Under the pieces are notes generated by a model, which saw only the letters and a list, made by a program, of their open reading frames with translations, was not told where the DNA came from and searched no databases. From positions 1 to 19,879 of the forward strand of contig NZ_JAQFIQ010000041.1 of the NCBI RefSeq assembly GCF_029504745.1: a DNA stretch of 19,879 nucleotides. The letters are read 5' to 3'. Every line of letters starts with the position of its first letter. Within the stretch, counting starts at the first letter, position 1. The position numbers and the translations under genes were made by a program. The DNA comes from Breznakia sp. PF5-3. GTDB lineage: Bacteria > Bacillota_I > Bacilli_A > Erysipelotrichales > Erysipelotrichaceae. Shown here piece by piece: positions 1 through 8,773 of the stretch.

Positions 1-41
1 TCTAAAACAATCTTCTTTTTAATTTCGTTAGTCAACTTCAT
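1..41 (-). CDS. 5' end of an unidentified gene leaving the window (first codons MKLTNEIKKKIVL)
   Basis: Reverse complement of 39-41 is ATG, with AAAGGGGG (rc of 50-57) 8 nt upstream. The frame stays open to the window edge. Too short to assign a family. Confidence 0.35.
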   Translation of the reverse strand, partial: MKLTNEIKKKIVL

Positions 42-85
42 AAGAAAAACCCCCTTTGTTAGTTTATTGTCTAACTTTGGGGGTT
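42..85 (-). promoter_or_regulatory. Leader hairpin that sequesters the SD, followed by a U-run just before the ATG (attenuator or translational-control candidate)
   Basis: AACCCCC (48-54) pairs with GGGGGTT (79-85) and GTTAG (58-62) with CTAAC (71-75), around a 3x3 T/T internal loop and an 8-nt terminal loop. On the minus-strand RNA the 3' arm carries the SD and is followed by UUUUUCUU then AUG. Confidence 0.4.
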
Positions 86-205
86 CACATCATTATTGAG
101 GCTTTTTTAATTTTATATTTATTAGAGGCTTTTTGAAAGTTCCTAGACGAAAGGGATACAGCAAGGTATACTTGTGGTAGCTATTTGATAGAGAAAGTAG
201 ATAAT

Positions 206-1675
206 ATGAAAAACTTTGAAGATTATATAAAAGATAAAGAAATATTAAAGGCAATTGATAAATTAGGGTATAAGCAGCCTACACCAGTACAAGAAGAAGT
301 TTTTCCTCTTGTATTGAACAATAAGGATGTTATTGTGAAATCACAAACAGGAAGTGGTAAAACGGCAGCATTTGCAATACCAATGTTGCAAAGTTTAGAT
401 TGGAATATTAGAAGTCCACAAATACTAGTATTAACGCCTACTCGTGAACTTGCAATCCAAGTAAAAGAAGATATGTTTCATATTGGTAGATACAAACGTT
501 ATAATGTACAAGCAATTTTTGGGAAGATGTCGTTTGAAGGACAAGCTAAGCAATTGAAGCAGAGAACACATGTTGTTGTTGGAACACCAGGAAGAGTGCT
601 TGACCATATACAACAAGGAACGCTTAATTTAAGTGCGATTAAATATTTAGTCATTGATGAAGCTGATGAAATGTTTACGATGGGATTTGAAGACCAAATG
701 CGTGATATTTTATCATTTTTAAATAAAAATCGAATAACGGCATTATTATCGGCTACACTTGATGAAAAGATTCAGAAATTATGTAAAGATGAAATGACTG
801 ATCCAGTTTATGTGGAAGTTGAATCAGATATGAAAGTAACTGATTTAATTAGACAAGAATACTATGTTGTTGAAAATGATAAAGAAACTTTATTGCGGAA
901 GATAATTATGAAAGAGAATAGTGATAGTTGTATTATTTTTTGTAATACCCAATTAGAAGTGAATCAAGTATATGAACATGTATTTAAAGAGTATAAAATT
1001 GCGAAAAAAATACATGGTGGAATGGATCAAAAAGATAGAATTAAAGTAATTAAAGAGTTTAAATTAGGATATTTTCGTTATTTAATTGCAACAGATGTTG
1101 CATCAAGGGGACTTGATATTGATCAAGTAGAACTGGTTGTTAATTATGATATACCATTTGATGCACAAACCTATGTACATCGAATTGGGAGAACTGGAAG
1201 AATTGGGAATACGGGAAAAGCTATTACATTTGTTTTGAAAGAGGAAAAACGCTTTTTGGATGCAATTCAGAGCATTGTTGAAGCACCTTTAGAAAAACAA
1301 GTTATTGATGAAAGAAAAATAGTAGAATACCAAGAAGCTTTTGATAATAAAATACAAACGAGAAAAGAATTAAAAAAAGAAAAGCAATTGGTGTTTAAAG
1401 ATGAAATATTAAAGTTGCATATCAATGCTGGGAAAAAGACTAAAATGCGTGCTGGTGATATTGTAGGAGCAATTTGTTCAATTGAGGATATTGAAGTATC
1501 AGATATTGGTGTAATTAGTATTGTGGATGTTTCAACCTTTGTGGAAATATTAAATAATAAAGGTGAAAAAGTATATCAAGCATTGCAAACAATTCCAATA
1601 AAAGGAAGAATTAGAAAAGTAAATAAGGCAAATTTATCTAGTTATGAGATGGATTATCAAAAACAGGTAAAATAA
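206..1675 (+). CDS. dbpA: DEAD-box ATP-dependent RNA helicase, DbpA/YxiN type with C-terminal DbpA RNA-binding domain (489 aa from ATG 206)
   Basis: Motif I SQTGSGKTAAF, Ia PTRELA, II VIDEADEM, III SAT, VI HRIGRTGR. The C-terminal KLHINAGKKTKMRAGDIVGAI...IGVISIVDVSTFVEI matches the DbpA RBD pattern. The ORF track starts at TTG 185; ATG 206 (MKNFEDY) is the likelier start. Confidence 0.9.
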   Translation: MKNFEDYIKDKEILKAIDKLGYKQPTPVQEEVFPLVLNNKDVIVKSQTGSGKTAAFAIPMLQSLDWNIRSPQILVLTPTRELAIQVKEDMFHIGRYKRYNVQAIFGKMSFEGQAKQLKQRTHVVVGTPGRVLDHIQQGTLNLSAIKYLVIDEADEMFTMGFEDQMRDILSFLNKNRITALLSATLDEKIQKLCKDEMTDPVYVEVESDMKVTDLIRQEYYVVENDKETLLRKIIMKENSDSCIIFCNTQLEVNQVYEHVFKEYKIAKKIHGGMDQKDRIKVIKEFKLGYFRYLIATDVASRGLDIDQVELVVNYDIPFDAQTYVHRIGRTGRIGNTGKAITFVLKEEKRFLDAIQSIVEAPLEKQVIDERKIVEYQEAFDNKIQTRKELKKEKQLVFKDEILKLHINAGKKTKMRAGDIVGAICSIEDIEVSDIGVISIVDVSTFVEILNNKGEKVYQALQTIPIKGRIRKVNKANLSSYEMDYQKQVK

Positions 1676-1708
1676 TTATAAAAAAATAATGAATATTTGT
1701 TGATAATT

Positions 1709-1717
1709 TGATACTAT
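1709..1717 (+). promoter_or_regulatory. Candidate extended -10 (TGaTACTAT) for the glmU-like/prs transcript
   Basis: TG at 1709-1710 and TACTAT at 1712-1717, about 30 nt before ATG 1748. The -35 is weak. The same TGATAYWAT element recurs before other genes here. Confidence 0.3.
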
Positions 1718-1747
1718 ATTAGAGTATGGATAACAAGGAGTAGCTGA

Positions 1748-2437
1748 ATGGATTATACAGATAAGATGTTATTACAAAAAGAGAAATGGATTCAAAAAAA
1801 TGAAGCTTTGCTTCGCTCTGGAGTATTTATTATGGATACAACCAATACATATATTGATGAAGATGTAGAAATTGGTGAGGATAGTATTATTTATCCTAAT
1901 GTATTTATTGAAAAGGGAAGTAAACTTGGTAAACAAGTTAAGGTTTTACCAAATTCATTTATTTCAAATTCAACAATCGAAGATAATACAACAATTGATT
2001 CATCAAAGATTGTGGATTCTCGTGTAGGTAAGGATTCTGTAGTTGGTCCAATGTCGCATCTTAGAAATAAAACAAACATTATCGGGAAAGCAAGAATTGG
2101 AAACTTTGTCGAAATGAAAAATACGAATTTTGGTTTAGGTAGTAAATGCGCACATCTTACTTATCTTGGAGATAGTGATGTTGGGGAAAGAGTAAATTTT
2201 GGATGTGGTGTCGTTACCGTAAACTATGATGGGAAAAATAAATTTAGAACTGTAATTGGAGATGGAGCTTTTATAGGTAGTAACGTAAATCTTATTGCAC
2301 CAGTAAGAATTGGAAAAAATGCTTTACTGGCAGCGGGAAGCACAATCAACAAAGATGTTGAGGATGGTGCTATGGGTATTGCTAGACCTTACCAAGAGAA
2401 TAAAGAGGGTCTTGGAAATAAATATAAAAACAAGTAA
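1748..2437 (+). CDS. glmU: GlmU-like left-handed beta-helix acetyltransferase: only the C-terminal glucosamine-1-phosphate N-acetyltransferase half of GlmU, no uridyltransferase domain
   Basis: RBS AAGGAG at 1735-1740. GlmU C-domain signatures are present: GNFVEMK, AHLTYLGDSDVG, NFGCGVVTVNYDGKNKFRTVIGDGAFIGSNVNLIAPV, plus the helical-linker-like N-terminus MLLQKEKWIQKNEALLRSGV. It sits directly upstream of prs as glmU does in Bacillus. At 229 aa it is half of a full GlmU (about 455 aa). Confidence 0.8.
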   Translation: MDYTDKMLLQKEKWIQKNEALLRSGVFIMDTTNTYIDEDVEIGEDSIIYPNVFIEKGSKLGKQVKVLPNSFISNSTIEDNTTIDSSKIVDSRVGKDSVVGPMSHLRNKTNIIGKARIGNFVEMKNTNFGLGSKCAHLTYLGDSDVGERVNFGCGVVTVNYDGKNKFRTVIGDGAFIGSNVNLIAPVRIGKNALLAAGSTINKDVEDGAMGIARPYQENKEGLGNKYKNK

Positions 2438-2452
2438 GGAGAAACAGAGAAA

Positions 2453-3427
2453 ATGGATAAGAGTAAAGCAGTAGTATTTTCATTAACTTCAAGTGTTGAT
2501 TTGGCAAAAGAAATTTGTGAATATTCGGGACTTCATTTAGGAAAATGTGATGTAACGCATTTTGCAGATGGGGAGATTATGGTCCAGTTACAGGAAACGG
2601 TACGTGGAAAAGACGTCTTTCTTGTTCAATCGACATGTACACCAGTATCAAGTAATTTGATGGAAATTTTAATTGCAATTGATGCATGTAAGCGTGCAAG
2701 TGCAAAAAGTGTTAGTGTGATTATACCGTATTTTGGTTATGCTAGACAGGATCGTAAAGCAAAACCGCGTCAACCAATTACTGCTAAGCTAGTTGCAGAT
2801 TTATTACAGGCAGCAGGTGCTACACGTGTGATTACGATGGAACTACATGCTAGTCAGATCCAAGGGTTCTTTAATATACCAGCAGATGATATTAGTGCAA
2901 TGTGTTTGATTGGAAACTATTTCATTGAAAAGGATATGGGAAAAGATGTTGTAGTGGTTTCACCTGATCATGGTGGAACAACAAGAGCAAGAAAGCTTGC
3001 AAAAGCGCTTGATTGTCCTTTAGCTATTATTGATAAACGTCGTCCAAAACCAAATATTGCAGAAGCTATGCATCTAATTGGAGATGTAGAAGGTAAAAAA
3101 GCAATTGTAATTGATGATATTGTAGATACAGCAGGAACTTTGATGGCAGGTATTGATATGTTATATGCCAAAGGTGCTACAGAAGTATACACTGCTTGTG
3201 TTCATGGAGTATTGTCAGGACCAGCGGTTGAAAGAATTCGTGATTCAAAAATCAAAGAATTTGTTTGTACAAATACAATTGATCAAGCAGAGAAGATGAA
3301 AGAATTGAAAAACATGAAAGTTATTAGTGTTGCTGAAGTATTGGCTTCTACAATTGAAAGAGTTGAAAATGGAGAATCAGTAAGTGAAATGCTCCAAAAA
3401 TTTCAATATACAGCAGCTGAATCATAA
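2453..3427 (+). CDS. prs: Ribose-phosphate pyrophosphokinase (PRPP synthetase)
   Basis: 324 aa, with YFGYARQDRK, the SPDHGGTTRARKLA region and the PRPP/ribose-5-P loop VIDDIVDTAGT. Canonical position after the glmU homologue. Confidence 0.95.
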   Translation: MDKSKAVVFSLTSSVDLAKEICEYSGLHLGKCDVTHFADGEIMVQLQETVRGKDVFLVQSTCTPVSSNLMEILIAIDACKRASAKSVSVIIPYFGYARQDRKAKPRQPITAKLVADLLQAAGATRVITMELHASQIQGFFNIPADDISAMCLIGNYFIEKDMGKDVVVVSPDHGGTTRARKLAKALDCPLAIIDKRRPKPNIAEAMHLIGDVEGKKAIVIDDIVDTAGTLMAGIDMLYAKGATEVYTACVHGVLSGPAVERIRDSKIKEFVCTNTIDQAEKMKELKNMKVISVAEVLASTIERVENGESVSEMLQKFQYTAAES

Positions 3428-3432
3428 AAGAC

Positions 3433-3458
3433 AAAGACATCAAGAGATGTCTTTTTTT
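3433..3458 (+). terminator. Rho-independent terminator after prs
   Basis: AAAGACAT (3433-3440) pairs with ATGTCTTT (3447-3454) around a 6-nt loop; the T-run extends to 3458. Confidence 0.8.
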
Positions 3459-3495
3459 GTAAGAAACATATGCTCTTTTCCTTTGCTTATAAACG

Positions 3496-3504
3496 TGATA
3501 CTAT
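3496..3504 (+). promoter_or_regulatory. Candidate extended -10 (TGaTACTAT) for the RpiR-family gene
   Basis: TG at 3496-3497 and TACTAT at 3499-3504, 18 nt before GTG 3523. The -35 is poor. Confidence 0.3.
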
Positions 3505-3522
3505 GATTACAGAGGTGATTTT

Positions 3523-4260
3523 GTGTTTCGTGCAGAAGAGATAAGAAGCTTAAATGAGTTGGAACTAGAAGTTTATAATTATATAACGAAGCATCGTGAG
3601 GAAGTATTATCTATGAAAATTAGGGAATTAGCCGATGCTGCTCATGTATCGACAACCACCGTTTTACGGTTTTGTAAGAAGGTTGGATGTGATGGATATG
3701 CGGAGTTTAAGGTTCGCTATAAAATGGAACTATCAAAGAGTGAGGATATTCATGATTATAATGATATTCATTTAATGTTAGAATATTTTAAACGAATTGA
3801 TAGCGAGGATTTTGATGAACAACTCAATGTTGCTGCAGAGATGATACGGGAGCAACACAAAGTGATATTTTTGGGAATAGGGACATCCGGTATTTTAGGG
3901 AAATACGGTGCACGATTCTTCTCTAATATTGGAAAGTTTTCACAACATATCGACGATCCTTTTTATCCAATTCCAACAGGATATTATGATGATTCAGTAA
4001 TCATTGTGTTATCTGTGAGTGGTGAAACGGAACAGACGATTGATCAAATTCATCAATTTAAAAATACCAATTCAGCCATTATCTCAATAACGAATACGGG
4101 GACAAACACGATCGCAAAAATGTCAGATTTGAATTTATCATATTATGTACCTATGGATGTGGTAGGAGATGCAATTAATCTAACAACGCAGATACCCGTT
4201 CTCTTTATGATTGAAACAATTGCGAAAAAAGTAAAACAACTATCAAAAGAAAGTGTATAA
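3523..4260 (+). CDS. RpiR/MurR-family transcriptional regulator (N-terminal HTH_6 plus C-terminal SIS phosphosugar-binding domain)
   Basis: GTG start with RBS AGAGGTGA. HTH segment IRELADAAHVSTTTVLRFCKKVGCDGYAEFK. SIS segment VIFLGIGTSG...VIIVLSVSGETEQTI. Confidence 0.85.
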   Translation: MFRAEEIRSLNELELEVYNYITKHREEVLSMKIRELADAAHVSTTTVLRFCKKVGCDGYAEFKVRYKMELSKSEDIHDYNDIHLMLEYFKRIDSEDFDEQLNVAAEMIREQHKVIFLGIGTSGILGKYGARFFSNIGKFSQHIDDPFYPIPTGYYDDSVIIVLSVSGETEQTIDQIHQFKNTNSAIISITNTGTNTIAKMSDLNLSYYVPMDVVGDAINLTTQIPVLFMIETIAKKVKQLSKESV

Positions 4261-4292
4261 AAAGGACAATTTAATATTGTCCTTTCTTTTTT
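4261..4292. terminator. Bidirectional terminator between the convergent RpiR gene and the surface-protein gene
   Basis: AAAGGACAAT (4261-4270) pairs with ATTGTCCTTT (4276-4285). T-run at 4287-4292 on the + strand; TTTTA follows the hairpin on the minus strand. Confidence 0.8.
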
Positions 4293-7086
4293 ATTGATGT
4301 TTTTTTCTTCTTATAAATAAGATAGCCAATCCACTGATTGCTACTATGAATGATAAACCAAGAATGTTTGTGTTATCAAATGTATTTATAGAATTTGTCT
4401 TCTTTGTAGATTCTTTCACATCTGGAGATGTACTAGGTGCCTCTGGTGTTGTAGGTTTAGTAGGCTCACTAGGTTTACTAGCTTCATCTTTCCAGTTTGC
4501 ATATAATACCAATGGTTCATCCTCAATACCTTCATATGTATCTAATAAAGTCATTACTTTGTTAATTGAGAAATCCCAAGGTGAATCAAATGTATCTTTT
4601 TTCAGATACCATCCAGCGAAGGTCTTATCTTTGTTCGTTGGTGTTTGTTCAGGTTGATTTAATAAGTCATTTAAACTAAGTGTTGTTTGATGTGAAGTTT
4701 GATCATTTAATGAACCACCATTGTAATCAAATATTACTGATATTTCAATATCATCTGCTTTTGAATGAATATCATAATTGTTCCAAGGATTTGCGAAACC
4801 AACATTGGTTGTAACATTTTTAATGTTTTGTTTATGGTGATTAGCTACCGCTGTCTCATAGTCATTTTTTGGTTTTGTAAGACGCCAGTAGAATAATCCT
4901 TTTCCGGCATTGTTATTTTCAAATTTTGTATTGTTCATTTCCACGATGCTATTAGGAGAATTATGATCCACATAAATCGCTCCTCCGTATTCCACTGCTG
5001 CGTTATCTTTAAATAATACATTTCCACTCGTTTTTAATTTACTTACATCTTTGTAGTAATCTAAATAGATTGCTCCACCATTACGACCAGCCGTATTTGC
5101 TTGGAAAACGACATTATCTGTTATGTTGAAGATAGCATCTAGAGCATCACTTGTATCGTTATATGTGTAGATTGCTCCACCATCACGATTAGCATTGTTA
5201 TTTTGGATTTTTGTATTTCCTGAAATATTAACGGTAACATTAGAACCAGAATGCCATCCTAAGAAGAAGATAAATCCACCATCACGATTAGCAACATTCT
5301 TTTCATATGTACCACCTGTAATGTTTACGGTAGCACCTGAATTGATATCCATTGCTCCACCATCAAAAGCTGCGGAATTTTCGCTAACTTGCACATTGCC
5401 GTTGAAATTCAATTTTCCATTTCCATTCATGAATACAGCACCGGCATAAGTTCCGTTATTCTTAGAAAGGACAGCTTTGTCTTGGATGGTTGCATGAGCA
5501 TAGTATAAATGTAATGCTCCACCTGAATCTGTTGCTATATTTTTTTCTATTAATGCATTGTCTTTAACAATAATAGTTGATAAACTTCCATTTGCGAAAA
5601 TAGCACCACCTTTATCAGCTATATTGTTGACAATTTTTGTATCTTGACCAATTTCAATTGATTTAGGATATGCGTCATTATAAATCTCAGGTAGATAAAT
5701 TGCTCCCCCTGTTGCACTTCCACTACCAGTAGAAATGACGATATTGTCACTTATTGTTGTATTTGTAATGCTACTGTTTCCACCACCTACATAGATTGTT
5801 CCACCAGTTTCATGTGAATAGTTTGATTCTAGTAAATTGTTTTTGATTTCACTGTTTTTAATGATTAAACTTCCATCTTTAAAATTTGATGGTGCATAGT
5901 AAATGCGTGTTGTTATCGCTGAAGAAGTGGAACCAGAATCTGTTGTATGATACGTTTTGTTATTATTTACTTTACAATTGTTCATTTCTAGTGAACTAGT
6001 AAGGATACCAGCGTGATAACCATAAGATTTATTGTTGTTTACTTCACTATCAGAAATTGCTAATAAACCAGAGTGGTCGATTGCTCCAGCAGATGCCACT
6101 GTTGATGAATTTGTTGGCATAAGTGCCACATTTTCATTAATAGTTGAATTAGTAATTGTTAATTGGCTTTGAGAATTGTGGCTAATACCACCACCACTTA
6201 CTGCCTTGTTTCCTGTGATTACAGTATTATCAATAGAAAGGGTACAATTCATTCTTGTAAAGATAGCTCCACCTTGTCCATTGATTGCTAAGTCAGCAGA
6301 ATTGTCGATTAATCGACTATTTCTAATTATAATATCATGTTCTTCCCAAGAACCAATGGCACCACCATGTCCTCCAGAACCACTATTGCTAGTAGAGTTA
6401 TTGATTATAGTTGTTCCATCCATTGTAAAAGGGAAACGTTTGACTGCACCAGTACCTTGCAAACGAATGGCACCACCAATCCCTGTATTTTTGGTGTTTT
6501 TAATTGTTCCACCTTTTAAAGTGAAAGAGTCGGCATAAGAATATATACCTCCACCTGATAGTTCGCCATCTAAAACAATATTTTCTAAGGTTAAACCACT
6601 ATTTCCTGTTGCGAAGAAATGACGAATTCCATCACTATATAAAGTAGTCGGATTATTTAAACCTCTAATTGTAATTTGCTTATCATTAATCGATGGTGCA
6701 TCAGTAATTGTTCCATCGGCATAATGAATGTCATTTTCAACGATGATTGTACCACCATTTGGAACATTTCTTATAGCATTTATAAAATCATCATAATTAT
6801 TTACTGATACAATATTACGCGCCGCTTTCGGCATAGTAGCGGTGATATCTGTGGATAGTGTCTCCATTGTACTTGTTGAAGGAGTATCTGTTTCTACATT
6901 CTCCTCTTCCACCTCACTTGGACTTCCCTCTTCTACATCCGTTGGTGTTTGTTCAACTTCTTCTATGTCTGTTTCTTCTAAATCACTTGCATAGACCTGT
7001 GCATTTAAAGATTGTTGTAGCCCAACCAAAACGGTTAGAGCTAATAAAGTCACTACTAAAAAAATATGTTTTCTTTTCTTTCTCAT
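4291..7086 (-). CDS. Secreted cell-surface protein of 931 aa: signal peptide, acidic linker, about 15 GGAI/Pmp-type parallel beta-helix coils, one Flg_new repeat, Pro/Thr/Ser stalk, C-terminal hydrophobic segment with basic tail
   Basis: ATG at 7086 with GGAGGG 4 nt upstream. Signal peptide MRKKRKHIFLVVTLLALTVLVGLQQSLNAQVYA. GGAI-type motifs recur (GIGGAIRL, GHGGAIGS, GQGGAIFT, TGGAIYL, KGGAIFA, RDGGAIYT, RNGGAIYL, EYGGAIYV and others). Flg_new-like VIFDYNGG...KTFAGWY...WDF...LYANW. Stalk KPSEPTKPTTPEAPSTSPD. C-terminus ILGLSFIVAISGLAILFIRRKKHQ. Confidence 0.9.
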   Translation of the reverse strand: MRKKRKHIFLVVTLLALTVLVGLQQSLNAQVYASDLEETDIEEVEQTPTDVEEGSPSEVEEENVETDTPSTSTMETLSTDITATMPKAARNIVSVNNYDDFINAIRNVPNGGTIIVENDIHYADGTITDAPSINDKQITIRGLNNPTTLYSDGIRHFFATGNSGLTLENIVLDGELSGGGIYSYADSFTLKGGTIKNTKNTGIGGAIRLQGTGAVKRFPFTMDGTTIINNSTSNSGSGGHGGAIGSWEEHDIIIRNSRLIDNSADLAINGQGGAIFTRMNCTLSIDNTVITGNKAVSGGGISHNSQSQLTITNSTINENVALMPTNSSTVASAGAIDHSGLLAISDSEVNNNKSYGYHAGILTSSLEMNNCKVNNNKTYHTTDSGSTSSAITTRIYYAPSNFKDGSLIIKNSEIKNNLLESNYSHETGGTIYVGGGNSSITNTTISDNIVISTGSGSATGGAIYLPEIYNDAYPKSIEIGQDTKIVNNIADKGGAIFANGSLSTIIVKDNALIEKNIATDSGGALHLYYAHATIQDKAVLSKNNGTYAGAVFMNGNGKLNFNGNVQVSENSAAFDGGAMDINSGATVNITGGTYEKNVANRDGGFIFFLGWHSGSNVTVNISGNTKIQNNNANRDGGAIYTYNDTSDALDAIFNITDNVVFQANTAGRNGGAIYLDYYKDVSKLKTSGNVLFKDNAAVEYGGAIYVDHNSPNSIVEMNNTKFENNNAGKGLFYWRLTKPKNDYETAVANHHKQNIKNVTTNVGFANPWNNYDIHSKADDIEISVIFDYNGGSLNDQTSHQTTLSLNDLLNQPEQTPTNKDKTFAGWYLKKDTFDSPWDFSINKVMTLLDTYEGIEDEPLVLYANWKDEASKPSEPTKPTTPEAPSTSPDVKESTKKTNSINTFDNTNILGLSFIVAISGLAILFIRRKKHQ
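4975..6490 (-). repeat. Degenerate tandem coding repeats (GGAI/Pmp-like beta-helix coils) inside the surface-protein gene
   Basis: The + strand repeatedly shows variants of ATTGCTCCACCATCACGATTAGC (near 5070, 5170, 5270, 5350, 5515, 5600, 5700), encoding N-R-D-G-G-A-I-type turns about 25-35 codons apart. Confidence 0.7.
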
Positions 7087-7102
7087 ATTGCCCTCCAATA
7101 TT

Positions 7103-7125
7103 TTCCTCCTTATTATAAGGAGAAA
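7103..7125 (-). promoter_or_regulatory. 5'-UTR stem-loop of the surface-protein mRNA that locks up an upstream SD-like AAGGAGG
   Basis: Minus-strand RNA UUUCUCCUU-AUAAU-AAGGAGGAA forms a 9-bp stem with one G-U pair. The SD-like AAGGAGG lies 19-25 nt upstream of the ATG; the working SD is GGAGGG at 7091-7096. Confidence 0.45.
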
Positions 7126-7244
7126 TAACAAACATTTACAAAAAATGTTTTGAATAAGAGGTTTATTGTAATAAAATTAATATTTCTGTTTTTTTTATGT
7201 AACAAATTATAAATAAAGCAACAGGTTTTTTAAGCGTTGGAAAA

Positions 7245-8765
<1,521 letters not shown>

Positions 8766-8773
8766 GAGATATT

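Noticed and set aside
185-205. Short N-terminal extensions from the ORF track: helicase TTG 185, and similarly 13457-13492, 18659-18679 and 19275-19295
   Set aside because: In each case an internal start has a better SD or spacing, and the extension overlaps the preceding gene or promoter. The exact EIIA start at 13493 remains uncertain.
4294-4413. Canonical LPXTG (or NPQTN/SPKTG/LAXTG) sortase motif in the surface protein
   Set aside because: None is present. Only the SINTF variant precedes the hydrophobic segment; this is reported as a finding, not as a sortase signal.
4346-7118. Plus-strand ORFs inside the surface-protein gene (4346-4657, 5195-5449, 6176-6538, 6337-6519, 6858-7118)
   Set aside because: These are shadow ORFs antisense to a strongly supported 931-aa CDS. 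Their low-complexity, Pro/Leu/Phe-rich translations lack RBSs and recognisable motifs.
7087-7131. TTG-initiated 15-aa extension of the surface-protein ORF
   Set aside because: ATG 7086 has its own GGAGGG and yields a textbook signal peptide (MRKKRKH plus hydrophobic core plus AQVYA). The extension covers the leader hairpin.
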